Assembly (NCBI GenBank): GCA_030041735.1
Contig: JASIBA010000027.1
Coordinates: forward strand, 1 to 43,904
From: Thermoplasmata archaeon
GTDB lineage: Archaea > Thermoplasmatota > Thermoplasmata > Lutacidiplasmatales > UBA184
Length of the DNA stretch: 43,904 nt
Direction: 5' to 3'
Below are positions 25,227-33,095 of the stretch, one piece after another (position 1 is the stretch's first letter; the number at the start of each line of letters is the position of its first letter). A program made the translations under genes and the position numbers. The notes below the pieces were generated by a model, which was not told where the DNA came from, did no database searches, and worked only from the letters and a program-made list of their open reading frames with translations.

Positions 25227-26030
25227 ATGAGCTTCACCACGTTCGTCGACGACCTCGCGCTCGTGCAGGTGCTGCTCGCGCTCGTGGCGAGCGTGCTCGC
25301 CTACGCCGGCGTGCGCGTCTGGTGGGCCCTCCGGACCAACGATCCCGAGGGACTGCGGGGCGTGCTCCGAGGCGCCGCGGTGCCGATGGCGGGCCTCGGC
25401 CTCGTGGCGCTCGTGCTCGCCCTGTGGGGCGAGATGACCTGGCCGTTCCTCTCGTCCGACGGGCTGGGCGGCTACAACATCTTCTTCTTCGACCCGATCG
25501 TGCTGCTCGGCATCGTCCTGGTCTCGTACGCGGCCACGGTCGTCCTCTCGGCGAAGCTGCAGTACGTGGGTCTGATCGCGTTCGTCGCCGGAGCGGTGAC
25601 GATGTTCTACGGATACACGGGATACACCGCGAGCCCCGCGTTCACGAAGGACCCGCTGGACACCCTGCTGCTCTACCTCGCCTTCGGCGCGGCGGGGCTC
25701 TTCGCGTTGCCGGCCTCGATCGTGGTCGACTACTTCCTCGGGGCTTCCGACGCGGGTCGCGTGCCCTTCGCCTTCGCGATCGGTCGGAGCCACCGCCGCG
25801 GAACCGGGCTGGGGACCCGGGCCGTACAGCCCGTCGTGCCGGCGGTCGACGTGGCGTCCAACGCTGCAGAGGACGGGACCGGATCCACCACCTTCCGCGT
25901 CCCGGCCTGGGCCCAGGTGCTGGTGCTCCTCTTCCCGGTGTTCGTCGCGCTCGCCGGGATCGCGGCGTTCTGGTACTTCGGCGTCACGCTGCCGGGCCAC
26001 CTGGGCAGCGGCCCCGCCGGCGCGCCCTGA
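25227..26030 (+). CDS. DUF981-like integral membrane protein with a C-terminal extension
   Basis: Strong SD 'GGGAGGGAAGG' 3-13 nt upstream of the ATG. Multiple TM helices and a 'GGYNIFFFDP' block recalled from DUF981 proteins. An extra C-terminal TM 'WAQVLVLLFPVFVALAGIAAFWYF'. Confidence 0.65.
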   Translation: MSFTTFVDDLALVQVLLALVASVLAYAGVRVWWALRTNDPEGLRGVLRGAAVPMAGLGLVALVLALWGEMTWPFLSSDGLGGYNIFFFDPIVLLGIVLVSYAATVVLSAKLQYVGLIAFVAGAVTMFYGYTGYTASPAFTKDPLDTLLLYLAFGAAGLFALPASIVVDYFLGASDAGRVPFAFAIGRSHRRGTGLGTRAVQPVVPAVDVASNAAEDGTGSTTFRVPAWAQVLVLLFPVFVALAGIAAFWYFGVTLPGHLGSGPAGAP

Positions 26031-26066
26031 ACGGTCGACCCGGCGCGCGGCGCAACCCCTTCCTCC

Positions 26067-26094
26067 GTCCCCGGGCCGGCGCGGGCCCGGGGAC
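26067..26094 (+). terminator. GC-rich perfect 11-bp hairpin (GTCCCCGGGCC-ggcgcg-GGCCCGGGGAC) after the DUF981-like gene, with a T-tract about 25 nt downstream
   Basis: Begins 37 nt after the stop at 26030. 'gattttcc' lies at about 26118-26125. It could be a transcript 3' end or stabiliser, but archaeal terminators are normally T-tracts, so the function is uncertain. Confidence 0.35.
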
Positions 26095-26134
26095 GCGCTC
26101 TCCCGCCCGCAAAGCTTGATTTTCCGGCACCTCG

Positions 26135-27229
26135 TTGCGGCCCCCCGTGCGCGTCCTCGTGGTCGACGACGACGCGGTGTTCCGGGAGGAGCTCGCCGAG
26201 CTCTTGCGGGACGAGCGCCACCAGGTCGAGGCGGCTCCCTCGGTCGGCAAGGCGCTGGAGTGGCTGGAACGCGAGGAAGCGGACGTCGTGCTCACCGACC
26301 TGCGCATGCCGAGGCACAGCGGCCTCGAGCTGCTGCGAGAGGTCCGCACCCGCTGGCCACGGACGCTGGTCGTCGTGATCACCGGCTTCGCCTCGGTCGA
26401 CACGGCCCTGGAGGCGATGAAGGCCGGCGCGTTCGATTACGTGCGCAAGCCGTTCCGGATCGAGGCGCTCCGCGCGACTCTCGAGCTCGCGGCCCAGCAG
26501 CGAGCGTTCGCGCCACCTCCGGCGGCCGAGCGGGACCCGTCCGCGGAGGCGCGGGCGCTCGCACGCCCCGGCGACGTCGAGGTCCTCTACCTGGCGAGCG
26601 ATCCTCCCCGGGCCACCGCGCACCTCCACTTCGCCGCCCTGGACCCGGGGGACCTCGCCGCGGCCGTGGATCGGGTGCGCGACTTCGTGGGAGAGCACGC
26701 GCGGGCGGCCGTCGTCCTCGCTGACGTGGGACCGGTCCTCGCCCGCCACCGACTGGGCGATGTCCTCGGCGCGCTCGATTCGATGCGGGCGCTGCTCGAG
26801 GGCCACGGTGCCCTCCGGGTGGGATTCGATCCCGCGCGGGTCGCTCCCGACGTCGCGACGGCCGTCGCCGGCGCGGTCGCCGCGGACGAGACGCAGAGTA
26901 CGATGGAAGCGCTGGCCAATCCCATCCGGCGCAAGGCGCTCGAGCGTGTCGCGCACGCCCCCGCCCCGTTCGGGGAGCTCATGGCGGCGGCCGGGCTCGA
27001 CGACTCGCCGAAGATGTCGTTCCATCTTCGCAAGCTGGTCGACGCCGGTCTGCTCGCGCACGAAGGGGAGGAGTATCGACTGACCTCGCGCGGCGGCGCG
27101 GTCCTGCGGCTCCTGACCGACGCCACGCTCCTTCCTCCGACCGGGGCGACCTCGAACCGGGCGTTCGCGCACGCGGAGCCGGCGGGGTCCGAGCCGGCCG
27201 GCCGGCCGAAGCCCCGACGCGACCCCTAG
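26135..27229 (+). CDS. Response regulator: REC / DUF835-like middle domain / ArsR-type winged HTH
   Basis: Canonical REC ('VLVVDDD', 'VVLTDLRMP', 'VVITG', 'DYVRKPF'). The middle 'AAVVLADVGPVLARHRLGDVLGALDSMRALLEGHGALRVGFDP' resembles the DUF835 core. The C-terminus 'LANPIRRKALERVAHAPAPFGELMAAAGLDDSPKMSFHLRKLVDAGLL' is wHTH. An alternative leaderless GTG at 26147 sits downstream of the AT-rich 'aaagcttgatttt'. Confidence 0.85.
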   Translation: MRPPVRVLVVDDDAVFREELAELLRDERHQVEAAPSVGKALEWLEREEADVVLTDLRMPRHSGLELLREVRTRWPRTLVVVITGFASVDTALEAMKAGAFDYVRKPFRIEALRATLELAAQQRAFAPPPAAERDPSAEARALARPGDVEVLYLASDPPRATAHLHFAALDPGDLAAAVDRVRDFVGEHARAAVVLADVGPVLARHRLGDVLGALDSMRALLEGHGALRVGFDPARVAPDVATAVAGAVAADETQSTMEALANPIRRKALERVAHAPAPFGELMAAAGLDDSPKMSFHLRKLVDAGLLAHEGEEYRLTSRGGAVLRLLTDATLLPPTGATSNRAFAHAEPAGSEPAGRPKPRRDP

Positions 27230-27348
27230 TGGCCCCATCGTGCGCCGGGCGAGCCGACCTCGCGCACGCGGGGGGACCCGGCCGGGCGACGGGGGGGCGA
27301 GTGGGGATCGGACCGGGGAGTCATACGCGCGCGGCGTGTCGGCGTGGC

Positions 27349-28116
27349 ATGCGGTCCTGGCCGAGTGTGCTCGCGATCGCCGTCGTGCTGCTCATGGTCG
27401 GTGCCGGAGGCCTGACGCTCCGGGCGGGGTCGGCGGTCGAGCGTGACGCCGCCGCCCCGATGATCGTGCCGGCCGGATCCGTCTGGAACAACGCCAGCAA
27501 CTGGGCCGGGTACGCCGCGATTCCCGGCTCGGGGACGGTCACGAAGGTCTCGGCGGCCTGGATCGAGCCCACGGTGTCCTGCACGGGGGCTACGACGTTC
27601 GCCGCGTTCTGGGTCGGGATCGATGGCGCCAGCACGCAGACCGTCGAGCAGACCGGGACGGCCGTCGAGTGTGTGGGAGGCGTCGCGTACTACTGGGCCT
27701 GGTGGGAGCTCTACCCCAGCCCGATGGAGGTCATCGATAAGATCACTGTGAGCCCGGGGGACCACTTCTCCGCCTCGGTGAGCTACACTCCGCCCCACAC
27801 CTTTTCGATGAAGATCAAGGACGTCACGACGGGGGTCGAGTCGGCGAAGGCCGGCACGCTCTCCTCCGCGAAGCGTGCGGACGCCGAGTGCATCGCCGAG
27901 CGGCCGGAGGTGGACAATACCCTCGCGGCGCTCGCCCCGTTCGGCGTGGTGAAGTTCTCGTCGTGCACGGCGACGGTGTCGGGCTCGAGCGGCGGGATCG
28001 GCTCGTTCGCTCCGCTCTGGCGCATCGACATGGTCTCGGGCAGCACCGTGCTGGCCGCGACCGGGACCCTCGGGAAGGAGACGTCGTTCAAGGTCACCTG
28101 GGAGAACAGCGGCTGA
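27349..28116 (+). CDS. Peptidase family G1 (glutamic peptidase) homolog, second paralog
   Basis: Signal/anchor 'WPSVLAIAVVLLMVGAGGL'. Also 'NWAGY', 'FWVGIDGASTQTVEQTG' and 'DAECIAERP'. Colinear with the 17974-18903 product. Confidence 0.8.
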   Translation: MRSWPSVLAIAVVLLMVGAGGLTLRAGSAVERDAAAPMIVPAGSVWNNASNWAGYAAIPGSGTVTKVSAAWIEPTVSCTGATTFAAFWVGIDGASTQTVEQTGTAVECVGGVAYYWAWWELYPSPMEVIDKITVSPGDHFSASVSYTPPHTFSMKIKDVTTGVESAKAGTLSSAKRADAECIAERPEVDNTLAALAPFGVVKFSSCTATVSGSSGGIGSFAPLWRIDMVSGSTVLAATGTLGKETSFKVTWENSG

Positions 28117-28187
28117 GGTTCCCGGACTCGACTCGGCCGAGTTCCGCCGGGCAGGGCGGTTAAGCCTCGGGAGCGTCTCGACCGTCG

Positions 28188-29675
28188 GTGGACGGCGTCG
28201 CGCGCGCGACCGAGCAGTTCCGCTTCCCGGAGACCCTGTCCCTCACGGCCGCCCGACTCCTGGCCGAGGCGTTCCGCGCCCACTACCTCGGAGTCCGGGT
28301 CCCACCGTCCGCACCCGGCGCGGTAGAGTCGTCGACCGATCCCACGACCGGGCGGACGGAGTTCCGATGGGTCCAGGACCCGACCCCGCCGATCCCCTGG
28401 GGACCGACGCTCGGGACCGGCCCGGTCACCGTCCACGTCACGATCGCGCCGGACCGACTGACCATCGAATTCGGGTCGGCCCGCCCGCTCGACACGAGCG
28501 CGCGGCAGGCTCTGGCGCGACTGGCCGACGAGGTGCAGGCCTTTTCGACCCGATATCTGAGGGTGGAACGGCTCTCCTCGGTCTATCTGGCGCTCCCCTG
28601 GGGGACCGGGGCCGCGGTCGGCGAGACCGTCGGGAGCCACGAGGTGGTCCGCCGCATCGTTTCGGGGAACTCCACGAACGTGTTCCTCCTGATCATCGTG
28701 ATCTCACTCCCGGCGGTGTTCTTCCTGGGCATCTACGCGTTCGTTCTGATGATCGGGCTGCAGGGCGCGGTGCTCGTGTTCATCGACCGCATCGCGGCCG
28801 CCTCGGGACCGGTGCGTCCATCCCCGGAACGCCCGCAGGTGCTGGTCGTCGGCGTGGCAGAAACCCCGGAGGGCGGCCGCGCGCTCCGGAAATCCGTCAA
28901 ACGCACGCTGCCAGCCCTCCGCCGGGAGCTGGGGCATCTCACGGCGGGATCGACGGCGCCCCCCTCGGGGGCCGACGTGACCGCAGTGTTCGCCCGTCTG
29001 GGCATCCCGTGCACCGAGGCCGACGTTCGGATCACGCTGCGGGACGTCTATGCCCCCGTCGCGCGTGTCGCCGCGCGCTTCGGACTTCCGGTCCCCCGCT
29101 TGGTCGTTTCGGACCAGCCGCTCTCGAACGCCGCGGCGACCGGCGTCTCTCCGGGTCACGCGACGGTCGTCGTGACGGCAGGCGCGATCGAGCAGCTGGA
29201 CGACGGGGAGCTGGCGGCCGTGATCGGGCACGAGTTCGGTCACCTGCGCGGTCGCGATCCGATCGTGCTGTTCGGGACCAACGCGGTGCTCTACCTCGGT
29301 GCCGTCTTCCTCTGGCTGCCGCTCTTCCTCGAGCTCGGCCTGTTCTACCTGCTCCTCGCATTCGCCCTCCTGTTCGCGGTGGGCAAGGTACTCGAGACTC
29401 GGGCCGATACGCTCAGCGCGCTCGTCCTCGGTGAGGGCGCGGATCTCGCGCGGGCCCTCGAGGCGAGCGAGTTTGACGAGGAGTACGTCGAGGGACGATC
29501 GTACGGCGCGCGCGTTCTCGGCTGGCTCTCGCTCGACTCGCACCCTCCGATCTACTTCCGCGTTCGGAGATTGTTCCGGATCTCGAGGGACGTCCGGACC
29601 GCCCGCCACCCCCTGTGGGCCTCGGTACGAGACTGCGCCTCGGGGTTCCTGCATGCGGTCGCCGGCGGGGCGTGA
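28188..29675 (+). CDS. M48-family (HtpX-like) zinc metallopeptidase with a long N-terminal domain
   Basis: 'AVIGHEFGHLRGRD' (HExxH) between TM helices, with downstream TMs 'LYLGAVFLWLPLFLELGLFYLLLAFALLFAV'. About 170 aa of soluble N-terminal region of unknown family. Confidence 0.8.
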   Translation: MDGVARATEQFRFPETLSLTAARLLAEAFRAHYLGVRVPPSAPGAVESSTDPTTGRTEFRWVQDPTPPIPWGPTLGTGPVTVHVTIAPDRLTIEFGSARPLDTSARQALARLADEVQAFSTRYLRVERLSSVYLALPWGTGAAVGETVGSHEVVRRIVSGNSTNVFLLIIVISLPAVFFLGIYAFVLMIGLQGAVLVFIDRIAAASGPVRPSPERPQVLVVGVAETPEGGRALRKSVKRTLPALRRELGHLTAGSTAPPSGADVTAVFARLGIPCTEADVRITLRDVYAPVARVAARFGLPVPRLVVSDQPLSNAAATGVSPGHATVVVTAGAIEQLDDGELAAVIGHEFGHLRGRDPIVLFGTNAVLYLGAVFLWLPLFLELGLFYLLLAFALLFAVGKVLETRADTLSALVLGEGADLARALEASEFDEEYVEGRSYGARVLGWLSLDSHPPIYFRVRRLFRISRDVRTARHPLWASVRDCASGFLHAVAGGA

Positions 29676-29865
29676 GGGCGGCGCGCCCACCCCAGGTTGC
29701 CCCATCGCCCGGCGACCCGCGGCGCTCCCCCACCAGGGTCAGTCGATTCTCGGACCTCGGAGCCCGCGTCGTCGCCGGTCGTGCGGCCCCCGAACTCGCG
29801 CGGCCGAGCCCCGAACCACGCATCGTGGACGCGGCGCCGCTCCCCGACCGCGGGGGCGCGCCACG

Positions 29866-30975
29866 CTACACGATCTTGCCGGCGCGCAGGACCGGGGTCC
29901 CATCGATCGCGACGTCCGCACCGGCCAGCGTGACCCAGTTCATGAAGTTCGACCGGTTGGAGCCGTGCAGGTGCCCGTTCCGCCCGACGACCAGCGTGAC
30001 ACACCCCTGCTCGATGGTCTCCAGGTTGGGGACGTCTTCGGCCGCCGGATTCAGCCCGAACATGAGCGCCCCCGTGCGGTCCTTGCCGGGCGTACCCTTC
30101 CGGAACCTCCGAGCGAACTCCTCCCCCCCGTGATCGAACGAGTAGGACGTGAGCCTTCCCTCCGCAAACTCGAGCGTCCCCCCGTCGCTCCAGTACCACC
30201 AGATGTTGGTGCGGCGGTTCGCGCGGATCCGGCCTTCGGCGGTCTTCGAGTCGAGGGCTACGTCGATGCGCCCGGCGGGAATCTGGGCGAGCATATCGGC
30301 CGGTCCGTAGCGCTTGTCGCGCGGATGGGGCGTGCCATCCTGCAGGCGGGGCGGGGTCCCCGCCAGCGCGACCTCGAGGTCCGTGCCGTTCGGATGCGAG
30401 ATGCGGACCCGAGTGCCTCGGGCGAGCGCCCGGAACAGGCGAGCCCCGCGCCGTCCCGCCTCCCCGGGGTCCGTGAGACAGGCGCGCAGGATGCGGTCCT
30501 CCCATTCGGTGCGGTCCAGGCCCCATTGCCGGGCGCGCCCTTCGGTCGCGAATCCGAGGGTGACCCGTGCTCCGCGCAGCCCGGATTTCCGGGCCGCATC
30601 GTACCAGGGCGAGAACCAGGCGATCGCTTCGTCGAACGTCTTTTCGGGCAGCCGTTCGATCCGATCGGTGTCCCCCGGCCCCCAGAAGTGGACGTAGAGA
30701 TTCGCGGCGACCAGCGCGGCCCACTCCGGCGCGCTCGCTCTCCCGAGGAGCCTGCTCTGCTTCCGGTCGATCGCGGCCCACCACGCGCCCTCGTCCTCCT
30801 GAATGTGCAGGGTCCGGCCCCCCGCGCGTCGGATCTCGTCGACCATGACCGCCGCGAAGGGCATCGTGTGGTCCCAGGACTCGAGGACCGCGTTCTCCCC
30901 CGGCCGGACCCGGAGGTACCGGGTCACGATCTGACGGGCGGCGTCGTGCTGCAGCTTCGAGCGAGCCTCGGACAT
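29866..30975 (-). CDS. M29/AmpS-like (aminopeptidase T superfamily) protein, paralog 1
   Basis: Clear paralog of 31903-33039 ('RYLRVRPGENAVLESWDHT...VDEIRRAGGR...EDEGAWWAAIDRKQ'). The overall length and block pattern recall the COG2309 superfamily. This assignment is tentative. Confidence 0.6.
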   Translation of the reverse strand: MSEARSKLQHDAARQIVTRYLRVRPGENAVLESWDHTMPFAAVMVDEIRRAGGRTLHIQEDEGAWWAAIDRKQSRLLGRASAPEWAALVAANLYVHFWGPGDTDRIERLPEKTFDEAIAWFSPWYDAARKSGLRGARVTLGFATEGRARQWGLDRTEWEDRILRACLTDPGEAGRRGARLFRALARGTRVRISHPNGTDLEVALAGTPPRLQDGTPHPRDKRYGPADMLAQIPAGRIDVALDSKTAEGRIRANRRTNIWWYWSDGGTLEFAEGRLTSYSFDHGGEEFARRFRKGTPGKDRTGALMFGLNPAAEDVPNLETIEQGCVTLVVGRNGHLHGSNRSNFMNWVTLAGADVAIDGTPVLRAGKIV

Positions 30976-30997
30976 GGCGGGCGAAGGATAAGCGTTA

Positions 30998-31009
30998 GTT
31001 TATATAAAC
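30998..31009. promoter_or_regulatory. Perfectly palindromic TATA box GTTTATATAAAC shared by two divergent, apparently leaderless genes
   Basis: Its centre lies 28.5 nt from the minus-strand ATG (30975) and 25.5 nt from the plus-strand GTG (31029). The whole intergenic region is 53 bp. Confidence 0.7.
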
Positions 31010-31028
31010 ATGCACCTATGCCTCCCAC

Positions 31029-31373
31029 GTGCCGAACCCCTCCCGCGCGTTCCGAGTCCTCGGTGAGCCCAATCGGCGCCGCATCGTCGAACAGCTCCGA
31101 CCCGGCGAGCGCTCGGTCGGCGCCCTCGTCTCGGCGCTCGGGATCTCCCAGCCGGGGGTCTCCCGCCACCTGCGGATCCTCCACCGGGCGGGATTCGTGC
31201 ACGTGCGCGCGGACGGTCAGCGGCGCCTCTATTCCCTGCGGCGCGAGCCGTTCCGGGACCTCGATGCCTGGATCCACGACTACCGGGACCTGGTCGAGGC
31301 GCGTCTCGACCGGCTCGAAGAACTCGTGACGTCGGAAGGGGCCGTCCCACCGCGGAAAGGGAGAGACCAGTGA
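31029..31373 (+). CDS. ArsR/SmtB-family transcriptional regulator
   Basis: 'FRVLGEPNRRRIVEQLRPGERSVGALVSALGISQPGVSRHLRILHRAGFV...RRLYSL'. Confidence 0.85.
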   Translation: MPNPSRAFRVLGEPNRRRIVEQLRPGERSVGALVSALGISQPGVSRHLRILHRAGFVHVRADGQRRLYSLRREPFRDLDAWIHDYRDLVEARLDRLEELVTSEGAVPPRKGRDQ

Positions 31374-31906
31374 TGGACGCCGACGCAGGGGGCGGGGCGC
31401 GGGAACGGACGAAGACCGAGTTTTCCCGGGTCAGCGAGCTCGAGAACGAGGTGACCCGCCTCTTCCACGCCTCGCCCGAGCGGGTCTTCCGGTTCTTCAC
31501 CGATCCCGCGACCTTTCCGTATGTGTTCTCGCCGGATCTGTCCCGGGTCACGATGGAAAAGATGGACCTGCGTCCGGGCGGCTCCTACTCCGCCGTGGTC
31601 CGATTTCCCAACGGCGTCACGATGCGCTTCTCCGGGGAGTTCCGGGAGATCGATCCCCCGCGCCGTATCGTCAACACGTTCTCCGCCAGCAGTTGGCCGG
31701 GGGTGGTCGCCCTGGAGACCGATACCTTCGAACCGGTCGGCCCCTTCACGCGCGTCCGCGTGCGGTACCGATTCGCGAGCCGGGAGGACCGGGACCGGAT
31801 GGGCGGGTCCGGGGGCGAGGGCGGCACCGCCGATGTGTGGGACCACATCGATCGGCTCCTCCAGCAGGGAGGCGCGGTCCCGGCGACCGCCGGGGGCCCG
31901 GCATGA
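31370..31906 (+). CDS. SRPBCC (AHSA1/START-like) family protein
   Basis: 'VTRLFHASPERVFRFFTDPATFPYVF'. Typical partner of ArsR regulators. The start overlaps the ArsR stop (GTGATG) and the stop overlaps the next start (ATGA). Confidence 0.75.
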   Translation: MMDADAGGGARERTKTEFSRVSELENEVTRLFHASPERVFRFFTDPATFPYVFSPDLSRVTMEKMDLRPGGSYSAVVRFPNGVTMRFSGEFREIDPPRRIVNTFSASSWPGVVALETDTFEPVGPFTRVRVRYRFASREDRDRMGGSGGEGGTADVWDHIDRLLQQGGAVPATAGGPA

Positions 31907-33039
31907 CCGGCCGGTCGTCGACGACCCCCTCGAGCCTCGAGCGCGCCGCGGCGCGGAACCTCGTCCGCCGCTTCCTCCGCGTCCAGCCCGGGGAGAACGT
32001 CGTCGTGGAAGCCTGGTCCCACACGATCTCGACGTCGTCCGCGATCGTGGACGAGGTCCGCCGGGCCGGCGGGCGCGCGTTCCTGTCCTACGAGGACGAC
32101 GATGCGTGGTGGCGGGCCATCGGGCGCAAGGAGGCCAAGCCCCTCGGTCGCCTGTCCGACCCCGAGTGGGCCGCGATCGCCGCCGCCGACGTCTACGTCC
32201 AGTTCTGGGGACCGGCGGACTCGGCGCGGCTCGAGAAGCTCGGCCCGACGAAGGTGGACGAGTGGGGCGACGGCTGGTTCGACCGGTGGTACAAGCTCGC
32301 ACAGTCCACCGGCCTGCGCGGCGGAAGGATGGCCACCGGTTGGGTCACCGACGCTCGGGTACGGCATTGGCAGGTTAGCAAGCCGCGCTGGAAGACCGCT
32401 CTCCTCGAGGGGTGTCTCGTGGATCCCCAGGAGATCGCCGAGAGCGGTCGCCGCCTCGCGCGGACCCTGGCCCGCGGTCGGAAGGTCCGGATCACGCACG
32501 CCAACGGGACCGACCTCGAGGTCGCGGTGGCCGGGCTCCCGGCGCGCGTGTACGAAGGCTACCCCCATCCCCACGACCCCGCCTACAGCGAGTACGACCT
32601 CCTCGGGAACCTCCCCGAGGGGAGGCTGCGCGTCGCGCTGGACGGCAAGACCGCGGAAGGCCGGATCGTCGCGAACCGCCGCAGCTACGACGAGGTCTGG
32701 TTCCCCTGGGCGATCTACTCGGGCGGCACGTTCGAGTTCTCGGACGGGAAGCTCACGTCGTTCTCGTTCGCCGAGGGCGGCGCCGAGTTCTCCCGAAAGT
32801 ACGCGCGCGCCTCCCCCGGGAAGGATCGGCCCGGCACGCTCTCCATCGGCCTGAATCCCCGGCTCCGGAACGTCCCGTACCTGGAAGGACGGGAGCGCGG
32901 CTGCGTCCAGGTGGCGGTCGGTCGGAACGCCTACCTGGGAGGGAGCAACCCCTCCGACTTCGCCGGCTGGATCTGCCTCGCCGGTTCGGAGATCGAGGTC
33001 GACGGCGTTCCGGTCGTTCGCGCGGGCAAACTCCTCTAG
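31903..33039 (+). CDS. M29/AmpS-like (aminopeptidase T superfamily) protein, paralog 2
   Basis: 'RFLRVQPGENVVVEAWSHT...VDEVRRAGGR...EDDDAWWRAIGRKE...GCVQVAVGRNAYLGGSN', colinear with 29866-30975. The ATG at 31903 overlaps the upstream stop. Confidence 0.6.
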   Translation: MTGRSSTTPSSLERAAARNLVRRFLRVQPGENVVVEAWSHTISTSSAIVDEVRRAGGRAFLSYEDDDAWWRAIGRKEAKPLGRLSDPEWAAIAAADVYVQFWGPADSARLEKLGPTKVDEWGDGWFDRWYKLAQSTGLRGGRMATGWVTDARVRHWQVSKPRWKTALLEGCLVDPQEIAESGRRLARTLARGRKVRITHANGTDLEVAVAGLPARVYEGYPHPHDPAYSEYDLLGNLPEGRLRVALDGKTAEGRIVANRRSYDEVWFPWAIYSGGTFEFSDGKLTSFSFAEGGAEFSRKYARASPGKDRPGTLSIGLNPRLRNVPYLEGRERGCVQVAVGRNAYLGGSNPSDFAGWICLAGSEIEVDGVPVVRAGKLL

Positions 33040-33095
33040 GCAGGGAACCCCCGCGACCGCATCTCGGCGCCCGGCGGGGGGTCGGTGGGGCACCG

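Noticed and set aside
22425-26000. A 1191-aa minus-strand ORF spanning the GNAT, pseudo-receiver, kinase and DUF981-like genes. Similar very long overlapping ORFs occur at 31585-34791(-), 3225-5873(+), 5971-7962(-), 8163-10268(+), 10288-12474(-), 14048-16198(+), 14085-15998(-), 20166-21980(-), 20838-23318(+), 29299-31329(+), 35628-37277(-), 36551-38470(+), 39444-41114(-) and 42689-43882(-).
   Set aside because: Their translations are Arg/Gly/Pro/Asp-rich low-complexity strings with no recognisable motifs. They run antisense or out of frame to ORFs with clear family signatures. Stop codons are simply rare in off-frames of very GC-rich DNA, so these are the expected artefact.
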